From Auanema rhodensis (Eukaryota; Animalia; Nematoda), in NCBI GenBank assembly GCA_964057225.1, contig OZ059898.1, positions 17,236,001-17,300,000 on the forward strand: 64,000 nt of DNA, read 5' to 3'. The notes below the pieces were generated by a model. That model was not told where the DNA came from and did not search any database. It saw nothing but the letters and a program-made list of their open reading frames with translations. The stretch's first letter is position 1; each line of letters begins with the position of its first letter. Position numbers and translations under genes: made by a program. Positions 12,201-25,272 of this stretch are shown one piece after another.

Positions 12201-14040
12201 CAATGTAGTATAGTGCATTCGATGCGGATTTTTAAGCTGCGTCGATCTGTGTTATCAGATTTGCGCTAGCTTAAAAATGCACCGAGATATCAACTGATAT
12301 AAGTTCACACTTATATTCTCGATTTTCACCCTGAAGAATTAATTTTTTCGTTGAATAACATTGTCCATCGTCTTTGCCTTGAAAAAAGGAATCTAAAAAC
12401 ATTTACTTTTTGCTAAATTATTCTGAAATTTTTCGAAAAAATTTTTGTCAAAATGTTTTTGGAAGCAATGTTGAGTGTACATGGAAACTCAACATACACT
12501 AATGCATCATTTTTCAAACGATCATAACTAATTTTTGTATTAAGCGTTTCTCAATGTAGTATAGTGCATTCGATGCGGATTTTTAAGCTGCGTCGATCTG
12601 TGTTATCAGATTTGCGCTAGCTTAAAAATGCACCGAGACATCAACTGATATAAGTTCACACTTATATCCTCGATTTTCACCCTGAAGAAATAATTTTTTC
12701 GTTGAATAACATTGTCCATCGTCTTTGCCTTGAAAAAAGAAATCTAAAAACATCTACTTTTTGCTAAATTATTTTGAAATTTTTCGAAAAAATTTTTGTC
12801 AAAATGTTTTTGGAAGCAATGTTGAGTGTACATGGAAACTCAACATACACTAATGCATTATTTTTCAAACGATCATAACTAATTTTTGAATTAAGCGTTT
12901 CTCAATGTAGTATAGTGCATTCGATGCGGATTTTTAAGCTGCGTCGATCTGTGTTATCAGATTTGCGCTAGCTTAAAAATGCACCGAGATATCAACTGAT
13001 ATAAGTTCACACTTATATTCTCGATTTTCACCCTGAAGAATTAATTTTTTCGTTGAATAACATTGTCCATCGTCTTTGCCTTGAAAAAAGGAATCTAAAA
13101 ACATTTACTTTTTGCTAAATTATTCTGAAATTTTTCGAAAAAATTTTTGTCAAAATGTTTTTGGAAGCAATGTTGAGTGTACATGGAAACTCAACATACA
13201 CTAATGCATCATTTTTCAAACGATCATAACTAATTTTTGTATTAAGCGTTTCTCAATGTAGTATAGTGCATTTGATGCGGATTTTTAAGCTGCGTCGATC
13301 TGTGTTATCAGATTTGCGCTAGCTTAAAAATGCACCGAGACATCAACTGATATAAGTTCACACTTATATCCTCGATTTTCACCCTGAAGAAATAATTTTT
13401 TCGTTGAATAACATTGTCCATCGTGTTTGCCTTGAAAAAAGGAATCTAAAAACATCTACTTTTTGCTAAATTATTTTGAAATTTTTCGAAAAAATTTTTG
13501 TCAAAATGTTTTTGGAAGCAATGTTGAGTGTACATGGAAACTCAACATACACTAATGCATCATTTTTCAAACGATCATAACTAATTTTTGTATTAAGCGT
13601 TTCTCAATGTAGTATAGTGCATTCGATGCGGATTTTTAAGCTGCGTCGATCTGTGTTATCAGATTTGCGCTAGCTTAAAAATGCACCGAGACATCAACTG
13701 ATATAAGTTCACACTTATATCCTCGATTTTCACCCTGAAGAAATAATTTTTTCGTTGAATAACATTGTCCATCGTCTTTGCCTTGAAAAAAGGAATCTAA
13801 AAACATCTACTTTTTGCTAAATTATTTTGAAATTTTTCGAAAAAATTTTTGTCAAAATGTTTTTGGAAGCAATGTTGAGTGTACATGGAAACTCAACATA
13901 CACTAATGCATCATTTTTCAAACGATCATAACTAATTTTTGTATTAAGCGTTTCTCAATGTAGTATAGTGCATTCGATGCGGATTTTTAAGCTGCGTCGA
14001 TCTGTGTTATCAGATTTGCGCTAGCTTAAAAATGCACCGA

Positions 14041-14391
14041 GACATCAACTGATATAAGTTCACACTTATATCCTCGATTTTCACCCTGAAGAAATAATTT
14101 TTTCGTTGAATAACATTGTCCATCGTCTTTGCCTTGAAAAAAGGAATCTAAAAACATCTACTTTTTGCTAAATTATTTTGAAATTTTTCGAAAAAATTTT
14201 TGTCAAAATGTTTTTGGAAGCAATGTTGAGTGTACATGGAAACTCAACATACACTAATGCATCATTTTTCAAACGATCATAACTAATTTTTGTATTAAGC
14301 GTTTCTCAATGTAGTATAGTGCATTCGATGCGGATTTTTAAGCTGCGTCGATCTGTGTTATCAGATTTGCGCTAGCTTAAAAATGCACCGA
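14041..14391. repeat. Representative consensus-type 351-bp monomer (M41)
   Basis: Carries the majority allele at all variable sites checked (C3, A54, C118, A130, T138, T222, C223). Hand count gives 111/351 G+C, 12 CpG and 4 TCGA sites. Confidence 0.9.
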
Positions 14392-17300
14392 GACATCAAC
14401 TGATATAAGTTCACACTTATATCCTCGATTTTCACCCTGAAGAAATAATTTTTTCGTTGAATAACATTGTCCATCGTCTTTGCCTTGAAAAAAGGAATCT
14501 AAAAACATCTACTTTTTGCTAAATTATTTTGAAATTTTTCGAAAAAATTTTTGTCAAAATGTTTTTGGAAGCAATATTGAGTGTACATGGAAACTCAACA
14601 TACACTAATGCATCATTTTTCAAACGATCATAACTAATTTTTGTATTAAGCGTTTCTCAATGTAGTATAGTGCATTCGATGCGGATTTTTAAGCTGCGTC
14701 GATCTGTGTTATCAGATTTGCGCTAGCTTAAAAATGCACCGAGACATCAACTGATATAAGTTCACACTTATATCCTCGATTTTCACCCTGAAGAAATAAT
14801 TTTTTCGTTGAATAACATTGTCCATCGTCTTTGCCTTGAAAAAAGGAATCTAAAAACATCTACTTTTTGCTAAATTATTTTGAAATTTTTCGAAAAAATT
14901 TTTGTCAAAATGTTTTTGGAAGCAATGTTGAGTGTACATGGAAACTCAACATACACTAATGCATCATTTTTCAAACGATCATAACTAATTTTTGTATTAA
15001 GCGTTTCTCAATGTAGTATAGTGCATTCGATGCGGATTTTTAAGCTGCGTCGATCTGTGTTATCAGATTTGCGCTAGCTTAAAAATGCACCGAGACATCA
15101 ACTGATATAAGTTCACACTTATATCCTCGATTTTCACCCTGAAGAAATAATTTTTTCGTTGAATAACATTGTCCATCGTCTTTGCCTTGAAAAAAGGAAT
15201 CTAAAAACATCTACTTTTTGCTAAATTATTTTGAAATTTTTCGAAAAAATTTTTGTCAAAATGTTTTTGGAAGCAATATTGAGTGTACATGGAAACTCAA
15301 CATACACTAATGCATCATTTTTCAAACGATCATAACTAATTTTTGTATTAAGCGTTTCTCAATGTAGTATAGTGCATTCGATGCGGATTTTTAAGCTGCG
15401 TCGATCTGTGTTATCAGATTTGCGCTAGCTTAAAAATGCACCGAGACATCAACTGATATAAGTTCACACTTATATCCTCGATTTTCACCCTGAAGAAATA
15501 ATTTTTTCGTTGAATAACATTGTCCATCGTCTTTGCCTTGAAAAAAGGAATCTAAAAACATCTACTTTTTGCTAAATTATTTTGAAATTTTTCGAAAAAA
15601 TTTTTGTCAAAATGTTTTTGGAAGCAATGTTGAGTGTACATGGAAACTCAACATACACTAATGCATCATTTTTCAAACGATCATAACTAATTTTTGTATT
15701 AAGCGTTTCTCAATGTAGTATAGTGCATTCGATGCGGATTTTTAAGCTGCGTCGATCTGTGTTATCAGATTTGCGCTAGCTTAAAAATGCACCGAGACAT
15801 CAACTGATATAAGTTCACACTTATATCCTCGATTTTCACCCTGAAGAAATAATTTTTTCGTTGAATAACATTGTCCATCGTCTTTGCCTTGAAAAAAGGA
15901 ATCTAAAAACATCTACTTTTTGCTAAATTATTTTGAAATTTTTCGAAAAAATTTTTGTCAAAATGTTTTTGGAAGCAATGTTGAGTGTACATGGAAACTC
16001 AACATACACTAATGCATCATTTTTCAAACGATCATAACTAATTTTTGTATTAAGCGTTTCTCAATGTAGTATAGTGCATTCGATGCGGATTTTTAAGCTG
16101 CGTCGATCTGTGTTATCAGATTTGCGCTAGCTTAAAAATGCACCGAGACATCAACTGATATAAGTTCACACTTATATCCTCGATTTTCACCCTGAAGAAA
16201 TAATTTTTTCGTTGAATAACATTGTCCATCGTCTTTGCCTTGAAAAAAGAAATCTAAAAACATCTACTTTTTGCTAAATTATTTTGAAATTTTTCGAAAA
16301 AATTTTTGTCAAAATGTTTTTGGAAGCAATGTTGAGTGTACATGGAAACTCAACATACACTAATGCATTATTTTTCAAACGATCATAACTAATTTTTGAA
16401 TTAAGCGTTTCTCAATGTAGTATAGTGCATTCGATGCGGATTTTTAAGCTGCGTCGATCTGTGTTATCAGATTTGCGCTAGCTTAAAAATGCACCGAGAT
16501 ATCAACTGATATAAGTTCACACTTATATTCTCGATTTTCACCCTGAAGAATTAATTTTTTCGTTGAATAACATTGTCCATCGTCTTTGCCTTGAAAAAAG
16601 GAATCTAAAAACATCTACTTTTTGCTAAATTATTTTGAAATTTTTCGAAAAAATTTTTGTCAAAATGTTTTTGGAAGCAATGTTGAGTGTACATGGAAAC
16701 TCAACATACACTAATGCATCATTTTTCAAACGATCATAACTAATTTTTGTATTAAGCGTTTCTCAATGTAGTATAGTGCATTCGATGCGGATTTTTAAGC
16801 TGCGTCGATCTGTGTTATCAGATTTGCGCTAGCTTAAAAATGCACCGAGACATCAACTGATATAAGTTCACACTTATATCCTCGATTTTCACCCTGAAGA
16901 AATAATTTTTTCGTTGAATAACATTGTCCATCGTCTTTGCCTTGAAAAAAGGAATCTAAAAACATCTACTTTTTGCTAAATTATTTTGAAATTTTTCGAA
17001 AAAATTTTTGTCAAAATGTTTTTGGAAGCAATATTGAGTGTACATGGAAACTCAACATACACTAATGCATCATTTTTCAAACGATCATAACTAATTTTTG
17101 TATTAAGCGTTTCTCAATGTAGTATAGTGCATTCGATGCGGATTTTTAAGCTGCGTCGATCTGTGTTATCAGATTTGCGCTAGCTTAAAAATGCACCGAG
17201 ACATCAACTGATATAAGTTCACACTTATATCCTCGATTTTCACCCTGAAGAAATAATTTTTTCGTTGAATAACATTGTCCATCGTCTTTGCCTTGAAAAA

Positions 17301-18954
17301 AGGAATCTAAAAACATCTACTTTTTGCTAAATTATTTTGAAATTTTTCGAAAAAATTTTTGTCAAAATGTTTTTGGAAGCAATGTTGAGTGTACATGGAA
17401 ACTCAACATACACTAATGCATCATTTTTCAAACGATCATAACTAATTTTTGTATTAAGCGTTTCTCAATGTAGTATAGTGCATTCGATGCGGATTTTTAA
17501 GCTGCGTCGATCTGTGTTATCAGATTTGCGCTAGCTTAAAAATGCACCGAGACATCAACTGATATAAGTTCACACTTATATCCTCGATTTTCACCCTGAA
17601 GAAATAATTTTTTCGTTGAATAACATTGTCCATCGTCTTTGCCTTGAAAAAAGGAATCTAAAAACATCTACTTTTTGCTAAATTATTTTGAAATTTTTCG
17701 AAAAAATTTTTGTCAAAATGTTTTTGGAAGCAATATTGAGTGTACATGGAAACTCAACATACACTAATGCATCATTTTTCAAACGATCATAACTAATTTT
17801 TGTATTAAGCGTTTCTCAATGTAGTATAGTGCATTCGATGCGGATTTTTAAGCTGCGTCGATCTGTGTTATCAGATTTGCGCTAGCTTAAAAATGCACCG
17901 AGACATCAACTGATATAAGTTCACACTTATATCCTCGATTTTCACCCTGAAGAAATAATTTTTTCGTTGAATAACATTGTCCATCGTCTTTGCCTTGAAA
18001 AAAGGAATCTAAAAACATCTACTTTTTGCTAAATTATTTTGAAATTTTTCGAAAAAATTTTTGTCAAAATGTTTTTGGAAGCAATGTTGAGTGTACATGG
18101 AAACTCAACATACACTAATGCATCATTTTTCAAACGATCATAACTAATTTTTGTATTAAGCGTTTCTCAATGTAGTATAGTGCATTCGATGCGGATTTTT
18201 AAGCTGCGTCGATCTGTGTTATCAGATTTGCGCTAGCTTAAAAATGCACCGAGACATCAACTGATATAAGTTCACACTTATATCCTCGATTTTCACCCTG
18301 AAGAAATAATTTTTTCGTTGAATAACATTGTCCATCGTCTTTGCCTTGAAAAAAGGAATCTAAAAACATCTACTTTTTGCTAAATTATTTTGAAATTTTT
18401 CGAAAAAATTTTTGTCAAAATGTTTTTGGAAGCAATGTTGAGTGTACATGGAAACTCAACATACACTAATGCATCATTTTTCAAACGATCATAACTAATT
18501 TTTGTATTAAGCGTTTCTCAATGTAGTATAGTGCATTCGATGCGGATTTTTAAGCTGCGTCGATCTGTGTTATCAGATTTGCGCTAGCTTAAAAATGCAC
18601 CGAGACATCAACTGATATAAGTTCACACTTATATCCTCGATTTTCACCCTGAAGAAATAATTTTTTCGTTGAATAACATTGTCCATCGTCTTTGCCTTGA
18701 AAAAAGAAATCTAAAAACATCTACTTTTTGCTAAATTATTTTGAAATTTTTCGAAAAAATTTTTGTCAAAATGTTTTTGGAAGCAATGTTGAGTGTACAT
18801 GGAAACTCAACATACACTAATGCATTATTTTTCAAACGATCATAACTAATTTTTGAATTAAGCGTTTCTCAATGTAGTATAGTGCATTCGATGCGGATTT
18901 TTAAGCTGCGTCGATCTGTGTTATCAGATTTGCGCTAGCTTAAAAATGCACCGA
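14041..18954. repeat. Higher-order duplication, 7-monomer period (2457 bp)
   Basis: G185A (AATATTGAG) at 14576/17033 and 15278/17735; G104A+C223T+T253A monomer at 16147/18604. Confidence 0.85.
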
Positions 18955-20007
18955 GATATCAACTGATATAAGTTCACACTTATATTCTCGATTTTCACCC
19001 TGAAGAATTAATTTTTTCGTTGAATAACATTGTCCATCGTCTTTGCCTTGAAAAAAGGAATCTAAAAACATTTACTTTTTGCTAAATTATTCGGAAATTT
19101 TTCGAAAAAATTTTTGTCAAAATGTTTTTGGAAGCAATGTTGAGTGTACATGGAAACTCAACATACACTAATGCATCATTTTTCAAACGATCATAACTAA
19201 TTTTTGTATTAAGCGTTTCTCAATGTAGTATAGTGCATTCGATGCGGATTTTTAAGCTGCGTCGATCTGTGTTATCAGATTTGCGCTAGCTTAAAAATGC
19301 ACCGAGACATCAACTGATATAAGTTCACACTTATATCCTCGATTTTCACCCTGAAGAAATAATTTTTTCGTTGAATAACATTGTCCATCGTGTTTGCCTT
19401 GAAAAAAGGAATCTAAAAACATCTACTTTTTGCTAAATTATTTTGAAATTTTTCGAAAAAATTTTTGTCAAAATGTTTTTGGTAGCAATGTTGAGTGTAC
19501 ATGGAAACTCAACATACACTAATGCATCATTTTTCAAACGATCATAACTAATTTTTGTATTAAGCGTTTCTCAATGTAGTATAGTGCATTCGATGCGGAT
19601 TTTTAAGCTGCGTCGATCTGTGTTATCAGATTTGCGCTAGCTTAAAAATGCACCGAGACATCAACTGATATAAGTTCACACTTATATCCTCGATTTTCAC
19701 CCTGAAGAAATAATTTTTTCGTTGAATAACATTGTCCATCGTCTTTGCCTTGAAAAAAGGAATCTAAAAACATCTACTTTTTGCTAAATTATTTTGAAAT
19801 TTTTCGAAAAAATTTTTGTCAAAATGTTTTTGGAAGCAATGTTGAGTGTACATGGAAACTCAACATACACTAATGCATCATTTTTCAAACGATCATAACT
19901 AATTTTTGTATTAAGCGTTTCTCAATGTAGTATAGTGCATTCGATGCGGATTTTTAAGCTGCGTCGATCTGTGTTATCAGATTTGCGCTAGCTTAAAAAT
20001 GCACCGA

Positions 20008-22464
20008 GACATCAACTGATATAAGTTCACACTTATATCCTCGATTTTCACCCTGAAGAAATAATTTTTTCGTTGAATAACATCGTCCATCGTCTTTGCC
20101 TTGAAAAAAGAAATCTAAAAACATCTACTTTTTGCTAAATTATTTTGAAATTTTTCGAAAAAATTTTTGTCAAAATGTTTTTGGAAGCAATGTTGAGTGT
20201 ACATGGAAACTCAACATACACTAATGCATCATTAGTCAAACGATCATAACTAATTTTTGTATTGAGCGTTTCTCAATGTAGTATAGTGCATTCGATGCGG
20301 ATTTTTAAGCTGCGTCGATCTGTGTTATCAGATTTGCGCTAGCTTAAAAATGCACCGAGACATCAACTGATATAAGTTCACACTTATATCCTCGATTTTC
20401 ACCCTGAAGAAATAATTTTTTCGTTGAATAACATTGTCCATCGTCTTTGCCTTGAAAAAAGGAATCTAAAAACATCTACTTTTTGCTAAATTATTTTGAA
20501 ATTTTTCGAAAAAATTTTTGTCAAAATGTTTTTGGAAGCAATGTTGAGTGTACATGGAAACTCAACATACACTAATGCATCATTTTTCAAACGATCATAA
20601 CTAATTTTTGTATTAAGCGTTTCTCAATGTAGTATAGTGCATTCGATGCGGATTTTTAAGCTGCGTCGATCTGTGTTATCAGATTTGCGCTAGCTTAAAA
20701 ATGCACCGAGACATCAACTGATATAAGTTCACACTTATATCCTCGATTTTCACCCTGAAGAAATAATTTTTTCGTTGAATAACATTGTCCATCGTCTTTG
20801 CCTTGAAAAAAGGAATCTAAAAACATCTACTTTTTGCTAAATTATTTTGAAATTTTTCGAAAAAATTTTTGTCAAAATGTTTTTGGAAGCAATGTTGAGT
20901 GTACATGGAAACTCAACATAGACTAATGCATCATTTTTCAAACGATCATAACTAATTTTTGTATTAAGCGTTTCTCAATGTAGTATAGTGCATTCGATGT
21001 GGATTTTTAAGCTGCGTCGATCTGTGTTATCAGATTTGCGCTAGCTTAAAAATGCACCGAGACATCAACTGATATAAGTTCACACTTATATCTTCGATTT
21101 TCACCCTGAAGAAATAATTTTTTCGTTGAATAACATCGTCCATCGTCTTTGCCTTGAAAAAAGAAATCTAAAAACATCTACTTTTTGCTAAATTATTTTG
21201 AAATTTTTCGAAAAAATTTTTGTCAAAATGTTTTTGGAAGCAATGTTGAGTGTACATGGAAACTCAACATACACTAATGCATCATTAGTCAAACGATCAT
21301 AACTAATTTTTGTATTAAGCGTTTCTCAATGTAGTATAGTGCATTCGATGCGGATTTTTAAGCTGCGTCGATCTGTGTTATCAGATTTGCGCTAGCTTAA
21401 AAATGCACCGAGACATCAACTGATATAAGTTCACACTTATATCCTCGATTTTCACCCTGAAGAAATAATTTTTTCGTTGAATAACATTGTCCATCGTCTT
21501 TGCCTTGAAAAAAGGAATCTAAAAACATCTACTTTTTGCTAAATTATTTTGAAATTTTTCGAAAAAATTTTTGTCAAAATGTTTTTGGAAGCAATGTTGA
21601 GTGTACATGGAAACTCAACATACACTAATGCATCATTTTTCAAACGATCATAACTAATTTTTGTATTAAGCGTTTCTCAATGTAGTATAGTGCATTCGAT
21701 GCGGATTTTTAAGCTGCGTCGATCTGTGTTATCAGATTTTAGCTAGCTTAAAAATGCACCGAGACATCAACTGATATAAGTTCACACTTATATCCTCGAT
21801 TTTCACCCTGAAGAAATAATTTTTTCGTTGAATAACATTGTCCATCGTCTTTGCCTTGAAAAAAGGAATCTAAAAACATCTACTTTTTGCTAAATTATTT
21901 TGAAATTTTTCGAAAAAATTTTTGTCAAAATGTTTTTGGAAGCAATGTTGAGTGTACATGGAAACTCAACATAGACTAATGCATCATTTTTCAAACGATC
22001 ATAACTAATTTTTGTATTAAGCGTTTCTCAATGTAGTATAGTGCATTCGATGTGGATTTTTAAGCTGCGTCGATCTGTGTTATCAGATTTGCGCTAGCTT
22101 AAAAATGCACCGAGACATCAACTGATATAAGTTCACACTTATATCTTCGATTTTCACCCTGAAGAAATAATTTTTTCGTTGAATAACATCGTCCATCGTC
22201 TTTGCCTTGAAAAAAGAAATCTAAAAACATCTACTTTTTGCTAAATTATTTTGAAATTTTTCGAAAAAATTTTTGTCAAAATGTTTTTGGAAGCAATGTT
22301 GAGTGTACATGGAAACTCAACATACACTAATGCATCATTAGTCAAACGATCATAACTAATTTTTGTATTAAGCGTTTCTCAATGTAGTATAGTGCATTCG
22401 ATGCGGCTTTTTAAGCTGCGTCGATCTGTGTTATCAGATTTGCGCTAGCTTAAAAATGCACCGA
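20008..22464. repeat. Local 3-monomer periodicity (1053 bp)
   Basis: CATTAGTC at 20234, 21287 and 22340; ATAGACT plus GATGTGG monomers at M60 and M63. Confidence 0.75.
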
Positions 22465-25272
22465 GATATCAACTGATATAAGTTCACACTTATATCCTCG
22501 ATTTTCACCCTGAAAAAATAATTTTTTCGTTGAATAACATCGTCCATCGTCTTTGCCTTGAAAAAAGAAATCTAAAAACATCTACTTTTTGCTAAATTAT
22601 TTTGAAATTTTTCGAAAAAATTTTTGTCAAAATGTTTTTGGAAGCAATGTTGAGTGTACATGGAAACTCAACATACACTAATGCATCATTAGTCAAACGA
22701 TCATAACTAATTTTTGTATTGAGCGTTTCTCAATGTAGTATAGTGCATTCGATGCGGATTTTTAAGCTGCGTCGATCTGTGTTATCAGATTTGCGCTAGC
22801 TTAAAAATGCACCGAGACATCAACTGATATAAGTTCACACTTATATCCTCGATTTTCACCCTGAAGAAATAATTTTTTCGTTGAATAACATCGTCCATCG
22901 TCTTTGCCTTGAAAAAAGAAATCTAAAAACATCTACTTTTTGCTAAATTATTTTGAAATTTTTCGAAAAAATTTTTGTCAAAATGTTTTTGGTAGCAATG
23001 TTGAGTGTACATGGAAACTCAACATACACTAATGCATCATTTTTCAAACGATCATAACTAATTTTTGTATTAAGCGTTTCTCAATGTAGTATAGTGCATT
23101 CGATGCGGATTTTTAAGCTGCGTCGATCTGTGTTATCAGATTTGCGCTAGCTTAAAAATGCACCGAGACATCAACTGATATAAGTTCACACTTATATCCT
23201 CGATTTTCACCCTGAAGAAATAATTTTTTCGTTGAATAACATTGTCCATCGTCTTTGCCTTGAAAAAAGGAATCTAAAAACATCTACTTTTTGCTAAATT
23301 ATTTTGAAATTTTTCGAAAAAATTTTTGTCAAAATGTTTTTGGAAGCAATGTTGAGTGTACATGGAAACTCAACATACACTAATGCATCATTTTTCAAAC
23401 GATCATAACTAATTTTTGTATTAAGCGTTTCTCAATGTAGTATAGTGCATTCGATGCGGATTTTTAAGCTGCGTCGATCTGTGTTATCAGATTTGCGCTA
23501 GCTTAAAAATGCACCGAGACATCAACTGATATAAGTTCACACTTATATCCTCGATTTTCACCCTGAAGAAATAATTTTTTCGTTGAATAACATTGTCCAT
23601 CGTCTTTGCCTTGAAAAAAGGAATCTAAAAACATCTACTTTTTGCTAAATTATTTTGAAATTTTTCGAAAAAATTTTTGTCAAAATGTTTTTGGAAGCAA
23701 TGTTGAGTGTACATGGAAACTCAACATAGACTAATGCATCATTTTTCAAACGATCATAACTAATTTTTGTATTAAGCGTTTCTCAATGTAGTATAGTGCA
23801 TTCGATGTGGATTTTTAAGCTGCGTCGATCTGTGTTATCAGATTTGCGCTAGCTTAAAAATGCACCGAGACATCAACTGATATAAGTTCACACTTATATC
23901 TTCGATTTTCACCCTGAAGAAATAATTTTTTCGTTGAATAACATCGTCCATCGTCTTTGCCTTGAAAAAAGGAATCTAAAAACATCTACTTTTTGCTAAA
24001 TTATTTTGAAATTTTTCGAAAAAATTTTTGTCAAAATGTTTTTGGAAGCAATGTTGAGTGTACATGGAAACTCAACATACACTAATGCATCATTAGTCAA
24101 ACGATCATAACTAATTTTTGTATTAAGCGTTTCTCAATGTAGTATAGTGCATTCGATGCGGCTTTTTAAGCTGCGTCGATCTGTGTTATCAGATTTGCGC
24201 TAGCTTAAAAATGCACCGAGATATCAACTGATATAAGTTCACACTTATATCCTCGATTTTCACCCTGAAAAAATAATTTTTTCGTTGAATAACATAGTCC
24301 ATCGTCTTTGCCTTGAAAAAAGGAATCTAAAAACATCTACTTTTTGCTAAATTATTTTGAAATTTTTCGAAAAAATTTTTGTCAAAATGTTTTTGGAAGC
24401 AATGTTGAGTGTACATGGAAACTCAACATACACTAATGCATCATTTTTCAAACGATCATAACTAATTTTTGTATTAAGCGTTTCTCAATGTAGTATAGTG
24501 CATTCGATGCGGATTTTTAAGCTGCGTCGATCTGTGTTATCAGATTTGCGCTAGCTTAAAAATGCACCGAGACATCAACTGATATAAGTTCACACTTATA
24601 TCCTCGATTTTCACCCTGAAGAAATAATTTTTTCGTTGAATAACATTGTCCATCGTCTTTGCCTTGAAAAAAGGAATCTAAAAACATCTACTTTTTGCTA
24701 AATTATTTTGAAATTTTTCGAAAAAATTTTTGTCAAAATGTTTTTGGAAGCAATATTGAGTGTACATGGAAACTCAACATACACTAATGCATCATTTTTC
24801 AAACGATCATAACTAATTTTTGTATTAAGCGTTTCTCAATGTAGTATAGTGCATTCGATGCGGATTTTTAAGCTGCGTCGATCTGTGTTATCAGATTTGC
24901 GCTAGCTTAAAAATGCACCTAGACATCAACTGATATAAGTTCACACTTATATCCTCGATTTTCACCCTGAAGAAATAATTTTTTCGTTGAATAACATTGT
25001 CCATCGTCTTTGCCTTGAAAAAAGGAATCTAAAAACATCTACTTTTTGCTAAATTATTTTGAAATTTTTCGAAAAAATTTTTGTCAAAATGTTTTTGGAA
25101 GCAATGTTGAGTGTACATGGAAACTCAACATACACTAATGCATCATTTTTCAAACGATCATAACTAATTTTTGTATTAAGCGTTTCTCAATGTAGTATAG
25201 TGCATTCGATGCGGATTTTTAAGCTGCGTCGATCTGTGTTATCAGATTTGCGCTAGCTTAAAAATGCACCGA

